DNA from: Leucoraja ocellata
Lineage: Eukaryota
Reading direction: 5' to 3'
Length of the DNA stretch: 64,000 nt
NCBI GenBank assembly: GCA_036785375.1
Contig: JAWMAR010000076.1
Location: forward strand, 7,812,001 to 7,876,000
The notes under the pieces were generated by a model, which was given only the letters and a program-made list of their open reading frames with translations, searched no databases and was not told where the DNA came from. The position numbers were made by a program, and so were the translations under genes. Shown here piece after piece: positions 51,183 to 63,773 of this stretch. Every line of letters begins with the position of its first letter. The first letter of the stretch is position 1.

Positions 51183-52730
51183 CATGCATAAAATCTGTTT
51201 TTATGTTAGTGTAGAAATAGCAGGGGCTATGACAGAAATATTTCAAATGTCATTAGAAACGGGAATAGTGCCGGAGGATTGGCGTACTGTGCATGTTGTT
51301 CCATTGTTTAAAAAGGGGTCTAAGAGTAAACCTAGCAATTATAGACCTGTTAGTTTGACATCAGTGGTGGGCAAATTAATGGAAAGGATACTTAGAGATA
51401 ATATATATAAGCATCTGGATAAACAGGGTCTGATTAAGAACAGTCAACATGGATTTGTGCCTGGAAGGTCATGTTTGACTAATCTTGAATTTTTTGAAGA
51501 GGTTACTCGGGAAATTGATGAGGGTAAAGCAGTGGATGTTGTATATATGGACTTCAGTAAGGCCTTTGACAAGGTTCCTCATGGGAGGTTGGTTAAGAAG
51601 GTTCAATGGTTGGGTATTAATGGTGGAGTAGCAAGATGGATTCAACAGTGGCTGAATGGGAGATGCCAGAGAGTAATGGTGGATGGTTGTTTGTCAGATT
51701 GGAGGCCAGTGACTAGTGGGGTGCTACAGGGATCTGTGTTGAGTCCACTGTTGTTTGTCATGTACATCAATGATCTGGATGATGGTGTGGTAAATTGGAT
51801 TAGTAAGTATGCAGATGATACTAAGATAGGTGGGGTTGTGGATGATGAGGTAGATTTTCAAAGTCTACAGAGAGATTTATGTTGAAAGAGTGGGCTGAAA
51901 GATGGCAGATGGAGTTTAATGCTGATAAGTGTGAGGTGCTACATCTTGGCAGGACAAATCAAAATAGGACGTACATGGTAAATGGTAGGGAATTGAAGAA
52001 TGCAGGTGAACAGGGGGATCTGGGAATAACTGTGCACAGTTCCCTGAAAGTTGAATCTCATGTAGATAGGGTGGTAAAGAAAGCTTTTGGTGTGCTGGCC
52101 TTTATAAATCAGAGCATTGAGTATAGAAGTTGGGATGTAATGTTAAAATTGTACAAGGCATTGGTGAGGCCAATTCTGGAGTATGGTGTACAATGTTGGT
52201 TGCCTAATTATAGGAAGGACGTCAACAAAATAGAGAGAGTACATTTACTAGAATGTTGCCTGGGTTTCAGCAACTAAGTTACATAGAAAGGTTGAACAAG
52301 TTAGGGCTTTATTCTTTGGAGCGCAGAAGGTTAAGGGGGGACTTGATAGAGGTCTTTAAAATGATGAGAGGGATAGACAGAGTTGACGTGGATAAGCTTT
52401 TCCCACTGAGAGTAGGGAAGATTCAAACAAGGGGACATGACGAGAATTAAGGGACAGAAGTTTAGGGGTAACATGAGGGGGAACTTCTTTACTCAGAGAG
52501 TGGTGGCTGTGTGGAATGAGCTTCCAGTGAAGGTGGTGGAGGCAGGTTCGTTTTTATCATTTAAAAATAAATTGGATAGTTATATGGACGGGAAAGCAAT
52601 GGAGGGTTATGGTCTGAGCGCAGGTAAATGGGACTAGGGGAGAATACGTGTTCGGCACGGACTAGAAGGGTTGAGATGGCCTGTTTCTGTGCTGTAATTG
52701 TTATATGGTTATATGGTTATATGATTATAT
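51183..52730 (+). mobile_element. CR1 LINE RT region and 3' end, nested inside a Rex1-like 3' fragment (~50938-51182 and ~52731-53090, minus strand)
   Basis: ORFs 51184-51885 (NYRPVSLTS, DFSKAFD, QGSVL, YADD), 51879-52277 and 52253-52637; (TTATATGG)n tail. Confidence 0.9.
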
Positions 52731-53287
52731 GTCTGGCTGTGGCAGCTTTGACAGTCTGGAGTCACCTTCCAGAGGGAAGTGATTCAAAGATTTTGTTGCC
52801 AGGGTGAGATCAATGGGTCAGAGATGATCTTGCCCGCTCGCTTCCTGGCACTTGCAGTGTACAATTCATCAATGGAGGGAAGGTTGCAGCCAATAACCTT
52901 CTCAGCTGACGGGACGATTCGCCGCAGCCTCCAGGTGTCATGCTTTGTGGCTGAGCCAAACCAGACCATGATGGAGAAGGTGAGACCAGACTCTACGATG
53001 GCCATGTAGAATTGGACCATCATTGCCTGTGGCAGATTGTGCTTCCTCAGCTGCCGTAGGAAGTACATAATGTTGTGCCTTTTTGACTGTGGAGTCGATG
53101 GTAGCCCAGTCATACACAAGTACAACAGGTAGTGTAAAGAGAAAATTACCAGAGCACAGAATATAATGTTACAGCATGATAGCATTACAGTTATGGAGTC
53201 ATACTGACCAACTTGCCCACGCCAACCAACATGCCCCGTCTAAACTAGTCCCACCTGCCTCTGTTTGGCCCATATCCCTCTATACAA

Positions 53288-55258
53288 ATCAAGTCAAGTC
53301 AAGTCAAGTTTATTTGTCACATACACATACGAGATGTGCAGTGAAATGAAAGTGGCAATGCTCGCAGATTTTTGTGCAAAAGACAAACAACAAAACAACC
53401 AAACAAATTATAAACACAATCATAACACACATATTCTTTTACATAATAAATAATAGAAGGAAAAACGTTCTGTAGAGTTAGTCCCTGGTGAGATAGGCGT
53501 TTACAGTCCGAATTGCCTCTGGGAAGAAACTCCTTCTCAACCTCTCCGTTCTCACCGCATGGCAACTGAGGCGTTTGCCTGACCGTAGCAGCTGGAACAG
53601 TCCGTTGCAGGGGTGGAAGGGGTCTCTCATGATTTTGTTTGCTCTGGAGTTGCACCTCCTGTTGTATAGTTCCTGCAGGGGGGTGAGTGAAGTTCCCATA
53701 GTGCGTTCGGCCGAACGCACTACTCTCTGCAGAGCCTTCTTGTCCTTGGCAGAGCAATTTCCAAACCAGATGGTAATGTTACCGGACAAGATGCTTTCCA
53801 CCGCCGCTGCGTAGAAGCACTGGAGGATCCTCGGAGACACTCTGAATTTCCTCAATTGCCTGAGGTGGTAAAGGCGCTGCCTTGCCTTACTCACGAGTGC
53901 TGAGGCGTGTGATGCCCATGTCATATCCTCAGAGATGTGGACTCCCAGATATTTAAAACAGTTCACCCTATCCACAGGATCCCCATTTATACTCAATGGA
54001 GTGTACGTCCTCGGATGATGTGCCCTCCTAAAGTCCATGATCAGCTCCTTTGTTTTTTTGTTGTTCAAGAGGAGGCTGTTATCCTGGCACCAGAGTGCTA
54101 GATCAGCCACCTCCTCCTGGTAGGCCTTCTCATCGTTGTCTGAGATCAGGCCCACCACCACAGTGTCATCAGCAAACTTAATTATTGAATTGGAGCTGAA
54201 CCTAGCCACACAGTCATGTGTGTACAGGGAGTACAATAGGGGGCTGAGGACGCAACCCTGGGGCGATCCTGTGCTCAGGGTGAGGGACTTCGATGTATTC
54301 CCTCCCATCTTGACTACCTGGGGCCTGGCGGTGAGAAAGTCCAGGACCCAGGCACACAGGGAGGTGTTGAGCCCCAATTCCATTAACTTCCCGGCCAGTC
54401 TGGTGGGGACTATCGTGTTGAAGGCTGAACTGTAGTCTATGAACAGCATCCTCACGTAGCCCCCCTTCTGGCTGTCCAGATGGGAGAGAGCGGTGTGCAA
54501 GACCTGGGAGACCGCATCGTCCGTGGACCTGTTCGGACGGTATGCGAACTGCAACGGGTCCATGTTCCGAGGGAGAAAGGCGCAGATGTGATTCTTCACC
54601 AGCTCTCAAAGCATTTCATGACTACCGAGGTAAGGGCCACCGGACGGTAGTCATTCAGACAGGCTGGGGAGGCATTTTTTGGTACTGGTACAATGATGGA
54701 TTTTTTGAAGCAGGCAGGGACCACGGACTTGTCCAGGGAGAGGTTGAATAATGTAGTGAGCACTGGAGCTAGCTGCGTAGCACAGGACTTGAGTACTCGC
54801 CCCGAGATGCCATCGGGGCCTGCAGCTTTTCTCGTGTTCACCCGTGTCAGTGCCCTCCTCACGTCGTGCTCGGACAGCGAGAATGTGTGCACACTCCTCC
54901 CTTCAGCTTCGGTAGCCAGCCCCCTGTCGGTATTGTCGATAGTCGGCAGACCTGGAGTGGTGTTGCCCCTCTCAAAACGAGCGTAAAAGGAGTTCAGGTC
55001 GTCAGCTAGGGAGGTGCCGGCACTTGCGGATGAGGGAGGTGTGCTTCGGTAGTTGGTTACAATCCGTAGCCCCTGCCACAGGCTTCTGGTGTCCTGCTGC
55101 TCCATCTGTAACTCCATCTTGTCCCTGTACCTTCTCTTTGCGTCCTTCACTGCCCTTCGCAGTTGGAAGGACTCTGCCTTGTAGACGTCCATGTTTCCTG
55201 ATGCCAGGCCCGAGTTGTAGGCAGCGGTACGAGCATTCAAGGCCACACGAACAGACCT
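53288..55258 (-). mobile_element. Rex1/Babar LINE, 5'-truncated, near-intact RT
   Basis: ORFs 54596-55393 and 53478-54599 ([38 protein letters not shown]) with a single frameshift; (TTGAC)n tail. Confidence 0.9.
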
Positions 55259-57102
55259 CAAGTACCTGTCCAAATATTTTTGAAACATTATGATAAAGAC
55301 AGCTACCTCCTCTGGCAGCTCCTTCCATACACCTACCACCCTTTGTGAAAAAACATTGCCCCTCAGGTTCCTGGTAAATCTTTCCCACCTCACCTTAAAT
55401 CTATGTCCTCTGGTTCTTGAAGTTACAGAGAAAAAAATCTTAAAATCGGCAATGAGATAATTTGGAAGATTGAGCCGACACCCCAGCTTAAGGGAGTTAT
55501 GTTCAGTAGTCTGATAACAGTGGTGAAGAGCTTGTTCCTGAATCTGGTGGTATGTAGTTTCAAGCTTTTAAATCTTCTGCCCGAAGAGAGAGGGAAGAAG
55601 AGGGAATAACTGGGGTAAAAAAGATCCTTGACTATGTTAGCTGCCTTCCCAAGGCAGCATGAAGTGTAGTTGTAGTCGATGGGAGAGGGTGGCTGAATTG
55701 TAATAAACTGTAATCCACAACTCAACAATATCTTGCAATCTTGGGTAGACGATGCCAAACCAAGCTGTGATGCATCTTGCTAGGATGCTTTCCACAATTC
55801 CAGCAAATCTTTAATGCAGTGCCTAATATTTCTGTCTCAATAGACACAAAAAGCTGGAGTTACTCAGCGGGTCATGCAGCATCTCTGGAGAAAAGGAATA
55901 GGTGATGTTTTTTAGGTTTGAGACGCTTCTTTGGTCTGAAGATAGGTCTCGACCCACAATGTCACCTAATTTTCCAAAGATACTGCCTGACCTGCTGAGT
56001 TACTACAGCTTCATAAAGACACAAGTGTGCAGATGCTGGTTTATACCAAAGATAGACACAAAAAGCTGTGGAATTCTCTGCCTCAGAGGTCGGTGGAGGC
56101 CGGTTCTCTGGATACATTCAAGAGAGTGCTTGATAGGACTCTATAAGATAGCGGAGTCAGGAGATACGGAGAGAAGGCAGGAACCCGGGTACTGATTGGG
56201 GATGATAAGCCCAGATCACATTGAATGGTGGTGCTGGCTCGATGGGCTGAATGGCCTACTGCACCTATTGTCTATTGCCTTTTTGTGGCAGTGATTCCTG
56301 TAACTTCCTTTGATGGTGGGGAGGTCAGAATCCATGATGGACTGGGCAGCGATCACCAGTTTTTGCAATTTTCTTCACTCCTAGGTGTTTGAGTGGCCGA
56401 ACCCTGATGCAACCAGTCAATATGTTCTCAACTGTATATCTGTAGAAGTTCAAGAGTTAAAATGGACTTGCAAGTTACTTTTTCTAACTATTAAGCAATG
56501 AGGAACACGTTATTTTGAAAAATGTTTCAAAATATGGATTGTAAAAGGCAGGTCTCTTTCTTTCGGTAACTAGGGTGCTAGGAAAAGTTTAAACATTCTC
56601 TAAGTGTGGGGGAAATTCAGGAGAAATCGTGGCAGAATGTCCACATTTGTGCCCATCAAGCAGATTGTTTATAGGAGTGCAGGATAGATGTCAAGAGTCA
56701 AGAGTGTTTTATTGTCACATGTCCCAGATAGAACAACATTCTTTATTTCATCAGCACAACAGAATATGTAAACATAGTGTACTGTAAACAACATAATAAA
56801 TGAGAAAAAGGGTTCAGTGTGTGTATATATACATAAATATCTGAAGAAAGATCTCGACCTGAAAAATCACCCATTCCTTCTCCCCGCGGATGCTGCCTGC
56901 CCCACTGAGTTACTGCAGCTTTTTGTGTATATAATGCCATGCAATGCGTTCACTTATGTTCTCGGCTGGTTTCGACAAGATACTGTAAATACTGGTCTGT
57001 TGGATCCTGCACTCTTTGCAGAGCACAATGAAGTCGGCTGACTAATTGACTGTGCGGATTGCTACTCAATAGCCAACAGTATGGGATGGGGGGATTTTGC
57101 CC

Positions 57103-57839
57103 ATCTAAATAGTGGTCGATTAGGAAAAGGGGAGATGCAACGAGACCTGGGTGTCATGGTACACCAGTCATTGAAAGTAGGCATGCAGGTGCAGCAGGCA
57201 GTGAAGAAAGGGAATGGTATGTTAGCATTCATAGCAAAAGGATTTGAGTATAAGAGCAGGGAGGTTCTGCTGCAGTTGTACAGGGTCTTGGTGAGATCAC
57301 ACCTGGAGTATTGCGTACAGTTTTGGTCTCCTAATCTGAGGAAAGCCATCCTTGCCTCAGAGGGAGTACAGAGAAAGTTCACCAGACTGATTCCTGGGAT
57401 GGTAGGACTTTCATACGAAACAAGGCTGGATAGACTCGGTTTGTACTCGCTAGAAATTAGAAGATTGATGGGGAATATTATAGAGTCTCACAAAAGAGGT
57501 TGGACTGGCTAGATGCAGGAAGATTATTCCCGGTGTTGAGGAAGTCCAGAACAAGGGGTCACAGTTTAAGGATAAGGGGATGTCTTTTAGGACCGAGATG
57601 AGAAAATCATTTTTTACACAGAGCGGTGAATCTGTGGAATTCTCTGCCACAGAAGATAGTTGAGGCCAGTTCATTGGCTATATTTAAGAGGGAATTAGAT
57701 GTGGCCCTTGTGACTATAGGGATCAGTGGGTATGGAGAGAAGGATACTGAGTTGGATGATCAGCCATGATCATATTGAATGGCGGTGCAGGCTCGAACGG
57801 CCAAATGGCCTACTCCTGCACCTATTTTCTATGTTTCTA
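57103..57839 (+). mobile_element. CR1 LINE 3' fragment with TSD TGCCC
   Basis: RDLGV...HLEYCVQFWSP; TGCCC at 57098-102 and 57840-44. Confidence 0.85.
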
Positions 57840-57971
57840 TGCCCTTGTTTTTCCTTATTAATTAACTTGAGCAATTGATGGGTCCGAATTTGAGGTCGTT
57901 CCATAAACATACCGTCTGCGGTGCAGTGTAAGACCGCTTCCAGTTTACACAGAGCCTGCCTTCCCAGTAAC

Positions 57972-58316
57972 ATAGAAACATAGAAACATTGAAAATAGGT
58001 GCAGGAGTAGGCCATTCGGCCCTTCGAGCCTACACCGCCATTCAATATGATCATGGCTGATCATCCAACTCGGTATCCCATCACTGCCTTCTCTCCATAC
58101 CCCCTGATCCCTTTAGCCACAAGGGCCACATCTAACTCCCTCTTAAATATAGCCAATGAACTGGCCTCAACTACCTTCTGTGGCACAGAATTCCACAGAT
58201 TCACCACTCTTTGTGTAAAAAAAGATTTTCTCATCTTGGTCCTAAAAGACTTCCCCCTTATCCTTAAACTGTGACCCCTAGTTCTGGACTTCCCCAACAT
58301 CGGGAATAATCTTCCT
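57972..58316 (-). mobile_element. CR1 LINE 3' end with TSD TAAC
   Basis: RTRGHSL...FFTQRVVNLWN; TAAC at 57968-71 and 58317-20. Confidence 0.85.
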
Positions 58317-58860
58317 TAACGGCAGTGGGTCTGTTCTAGAGATTATAAAAGTATCAGTGCGGGACTGGATACCATCCCTGTTGGGCGTTCCCTTGCTGTT
58401 GCTCCAGAGGGACGGAAGCGTTATTTTGTCCTTTAATCTTAAAGTTATATACAGCAGTACAACTATAACTAACAACACGACCACATGCTTTGCGTTATAG
58501 ACACAGACCCTTATTTCCATCTTTGTTTATTATCTGCTTCCTCCTTCTATGGGGGTTGGTGTATTTTCACTATCTATCCATTTCTTCATCAGAGATAGCT
58601 TAAAGCTTCCCCCGTACGGCAAATCTCCGTTTGACCAATCATACAGATCGCTACTAAAAGTTACCACGTACAGTATCGGTCAACTCCGGTCTCTTTTATT
58701 CCAACATCAGCTGGTGATCCCGGCGTGATGGGGTAGATGCTTAGATGTTTGCACTTGTGAGAGAATCTTGACTGAGGGAACATATTACAATAAATGCCCG
58801 GTCATTTAAAACACTAAGGTGTGTAGACATTTTTGCAGAGAGTAGTGAATTTCTGAAATT

Positions 58861-59165
58861 GGGCGGCACGGTGGTGCAGCGGTGGAGTTGCTGCCTTACA
58901 GCGCTTGCAGCGCCAGAGACCCGGGTTTGATCCCGAGTGCGGGTACTGCGTGTACAGAGTTTGTACGTTCCCCACATTACTGTGTGGGTTTTCTCAGAGA
59001 TCTTCGATTTCCTCCCACACTCCAAAGGTGTACAGGTTTGTAGGTTAATTGGCTTGATTTAAGTGTTTATTTAGGATAATGTTAATGTGCAGGGATCGCT
59101 GGTCGGTGCGGACACAGTGGGCTGAAGGGACTGTTTCCGCTCTGTATCTCTAAACTACACTAAAC
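58861..59165 (+). mobile_element. HE1/V-SINE-like SINE (well preserved)
   Basis: GGGCGGCACGGTGGTGCAGCGG head, B-box, conserved core and (TAAAC) tail. Confidence 0.8.
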
Positions 59166-60514
59166 TCTGCCTCAGGGAGTTGTAGAAGCTAGACCATTTA
59201 AAGTACTTAAGGTGGAGGGAGACAACCTTTTGAGGGATCGGGAGAATCGAGGTCGATTGTGCACAGAGGATGAGATGAGTTCTAGGCAGATCAGCCATGA
59301 TCATATTGAATGGTGAGGGAAGCTTGAGGGGCCTGGTTAAGAATTACCTACTTCTCTTTGTTGAGGGATCAAAACACAGTGAACCAAAATTAAAAATAAT
59401 TGTAGAAGCATTGGAGGCATGATGAGGGATAAAAGATCAGCAGAAAGTGGGAGGGGTTGAGAAGTAGCTGCTTGAGTGAAACAGGATGACGGATGCTGAG
59501 AGGTTTTCTGAATGGAAGGCTCTGTGGATTGGTTCTTCCCAGCCTCTTGCTTCTTGTGAGCTTTAGAAATGATTCTTTTGATTTGAACATAAAATACCAA
59601 ATTTATGAATCTTGCAGATAATATCAAAAATTGGCAGTGTTACTGATAGTGAAGAAGAATGTTTGCTGCCACTGGAGGGCAGCACTAGATTGTCCATTGA
59701 TTGGGTGGCATGTGGAATTCAATCCAGAGAAGTGTGAAGTGATCGATGGACATAACATGCTGCAGTAACTCAGTGGGTCAGGCAGCATCTCTGGAGAAAA
59801 GGATAGGTGGCATTTTGGGTTGAGACCCTTCTTCAGACCAACTTCAGAACTTCTTCGTGTCTGAAGTAGGGTCTCGACCCAAAATGACATCTGTTCCTTT
59901 TCTCCCAAGATGCTTCTGACCTGCTGAGTTACCAGAACATTTTGTTTCTATCTCCAGTGTAAACCAGCATCTGTAGTTCCTTCCTACACTCTTTGTCTGT
60001 TCCACTGTGAAATCTCCTCAAGGTAGGCCTATTTCAAAGAGGTTATCCTCTGATGGGAGTTCTGCAACACCCTTTCTCGCTGCTATTCCTCTGTGGCTGA
60101 AGAAGAGTATCGACCTGAAACGTCACCTATTCCTTTTTTCCAAAGTTGCTGGGTTACTCCAGTATTTTGTGTCTACCTTCGGTGTAAACCAGCATCTACA
60201 GTTGCTTCCTATACACAGTGAAGTGATAGACTTTGGGCAGGGCCAACTTGGTTAGCTCCTTGTAGCCAAATCCCCTGATGGCATCTGGGCATTCTGGATC
60301 AGAGCACACCACCACTCCTTTGGGATTGGCATTAGAGAGCAACTGTACACTGGAAGATCCTGAAAAGATAAAACTATTGTTTAAAATCAGTGGTGAGTAA
60401 AGGTAACTCTGGCATGAATGATAGATTGGGATACATGAATAATTAATTTACATATACCACCAAACGATGTTCAAAATAACTGGGATGACATGCGTTAAGA
60501 AGAGAGTGGTTTGA

Positions 60515-61275
60515 TATTGATGGATCTAAAATATATGTCGACATATTTCCCCGCAATAAATTCCATCTTCCATAGTCTGGCCACTCAATGCCTCTGTCTG
60601 TATCTTTGTAATTTGCACAACATCCTCTGCTTCCTAATTCAGTCGTGTCTGTAAACATGGAATATCACGTGAACAAGTGTGAACATCCGGTCACTGTCGA
60701 AACTATGAACTGAGTTTCACTCGCCACTTTGCTGTCTGACCCGCTAAATGCTTCCAGGATTTTCCTTCAGATCTGATTTTGCTTTTATATATAACTCTGA
60801 ATTCTCCCATTTGGTTAAAAGTGCAGATCCCTAAGGATTACCAAGGATTGCCATTTGACACACTCAGCGAATCATGGAACTTCTCTGTCTCTTGTTTTAC
60901 AAAATCACCTCATATTTTGTGTGTTCACATTTTTGGCACCTAATGAAATCCTTTCTGCAAATTAAATGGAGGCAATATCCACAACAGTTTCATCATCATC
61001 ACTGACAATGAGGGAGGAGTTGTCGTCTTTAAGCCATATTACTGAGCTCTCTATCTCCTTCCCCTATGTCCGTGAAAAAGACTGTGATTGCTGACAAGAC
61101 TCTCAACAGTTCATGTACCAAGTCTCACATTTCTGCTCTCAATCCCTGTCCGTCCACCCAGAACAAAGATAGGGTTCCACTTGTCCTCATCTCCCACCTC
61201 TGTCAGTTCCACATTGTTAATGAGGGTTTTCCCACAGAGTAATTGTGGCAAAGGACATTGGCTTAGAATAGCAGA
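60515..61275 (-). repeat. Right arm of the inverted duplication (partner ~48640-49370)
   Basis: Reverse-complement matches such as ATTAAATGGAGGCAATATC vs GATATTGCCTCCATTTAAT. Confidence 0.8.
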
Positions 61276-63773
61276 TTCCCACTAGTCACAGAACTCCAGC
61301 CAGAATATCTTCCTTCCACACCCCTGCGTCTTCTATGAATAAGCCATTTCTGAATGCATATGACCAAGTCATCGTGAATTCTAGACATCTTACATTTCTG
61401 GATCAGCTTATCATGAGAAAATTATCAAAAGCCTTATTAAAATCCATGTCTACAACATCCTCTGCCTAACCTTCATCAATTAATAGTGCAACTCCTCCAG
61501 TACATTTACCTCCCTCTCAACCACACTTGAAACATCAAAAACCTGGAACATTAAGCTGCAAGTTATGTCCTGTTTGATAGCTTGATATAAATGATTATCA
61601 TATCATAAGATCATGTGATAGGAGCAGAATTAGGTCATTCAGCCCATCAAGTCTACTCCACCATTCAATCATGGCTGATCTATCTCTCCCTCCCAACCCC
61701 ATTCTCCTGCCTTCTCCCCATAACATCTGACACCCGTACTAATCAATATTGTTATCTGGATGAGAAAACAGGAGAGACACTTGGGTATAAAGAAGGGGGC
61801 GCTGCAGTGGCAGCAGCCTGTCAGCAGCACGTTAGTTTTTTCAACTTTTTTAATTTTTTTAGTATGTTTTAAAGTATGTTTTTTAATGTTTCTCGGTGTG
61901 TTTTGTGTGGGGGGGTAAGGGGGAAACCGCTATGGTCGCCTCCTCCACGGAGAGGCGACTTTTTCCAGGTCGCCTCCCCCGTGGCCTAACAGCAAGGATC
62001 GGCGCGGCCTTTCCCGGAGACGCGCCCGGGGCTTCAGCGGCGGGTGCAGCGTGGACTCTCGGCGTGGAGCGGGTGAGCCCTCGCTGGGGCTCGCTGGAGG
62101 AGAGCGCTCCGTTTCTCTGGCCCGGGGCTGCCGGCAGCCTGAAGCAGCGGTCTGCAGAACTCCAGCTGGTGCGGCGTCTACAGCCCGGGATTCCTCGTGG
62201 GGGACCCGGGGGAAGAAGAAGCCATCACTGCTGGCCCGCGGCCAACTTCTACCGCGGGGCCGGAGGGGAGCTTCGACCATCGGCCCTGCGGTCTGCGGTG
62301 CTTCTGGCTGCGGCGCGGCGAGAACCTTAAATCTTCGACCGCCGGCCTGCGGCCTACACCAGCCTGAAGCCGCGGTCTCCGGTGGGGCAGAGCCGATCCT
62401 GGACTTACCTTGACTTTGACTTTGTCCCTTACCATCTGGACGCCTGCAGCAACGGCTGCGGAGGTGGAGGTCCCGACCACGGGGGAAAACGGAGGAGGTC
62501 TGACCACGCTCTGTGCCTTCCACCACAGTGATGAATGCTGTGGTGGATGTTTGTGTAAAATGTTTATTGTGGTTGTGTGTTCTTTATTACTGTACCGCTG
62601 CTGCAACCCAATTACCACCGACCCNNNNNNNNNNNNNNNNNNNNNNNNNNNNNNNNNNNNNNNNNNNNNNNNNNNNNNNNNNNNNNNNNNNNNNNNNNNN
62701 NNNNNNNNNNNNNNNNNNNNNNNNNNNNNNNNNNNNNNNNNNNNNNNNNNNNATATAAATTAGGAGAGGAAAGGGGCAAGAAAAAATATCACTGACAGTC
62801 AAAATTAAGAAGAATCCCAAGGATTGAACAATTGTATTAGAGTAAGAGGGTAACCAGGGAAAGAGTAGGAGCCAAGGAAAGTGAGGGCTGTTGCAAAGAA
62901 CAATGGGGACCCGGCATGGGGTGGACTGCATTGAGGGACAGTGGGCGAACAAAGTGGGAACTTTAATTTTAGGATCCTCTTCTGCGTTTGTTTGTTTTGT
63001 TTGTTTGTTCGTTCTGGTTAAGGCGCTGTGCACACGCCAGCCAACAGTTGCTTTGCTTTTTCTTTTTTTCACTTTTAATTTCAAGTATTTGTGTACCTTG
63101 TGTGTTGTGACTGTTGGCAGAACAATTTCCCTCCGGAGATGAATAAAATGTTATCGTATTGTATCATAAAACTGCTGCCAGATGCTGTGAAGTTTTGTAT
63201 CTTCTGCCCGACAGGACAGGGGACAAATAGGAATGACAGGGGAGAGAATGGTCTTTCACTATGTTGGTTGCTTTCCCGAGGCAGCGTGGAGTGTAGGGTA
63301 GAGTAATTGTCAAACTAGGCTGTGATGTAATCAACAGGATGCTTTATGCGGTCCATGTGTAGACATTTGTAAGAGCTGTTGGAAGCATGCTGAATATCCT
63401 TAGTCTTCTTTATCTGACTCTGCAACAGAATCTTACATATACTAAATGAATGTTACTAGAACTGCTAGCTTTGTTCCTGATTTACTGCTCTGTTTAACAC
63501 ACTGTGTACAGTCAACAAGCATTTACATGGAGCAGGATTTAACCTTTGGTATTCAGTGTTTGTACTTTTGAGCTGTTGCTTTTACCAAAGATATTGTTTG
63601 TAATTTCAGTGCAGAGTGAAAGAGCGAAGCTCAGGAGAAAACAAAAGAGTTTACAAATTGAGGATACATGTGCAGAACATTCATGAATATCCAAGAGCTT
63701 TCATGCTGCCAGTCATTTTAAATTATTTTTGTTGTCATCATCTGTTCTGATCTTTGGTTGTTATTACCCATAG

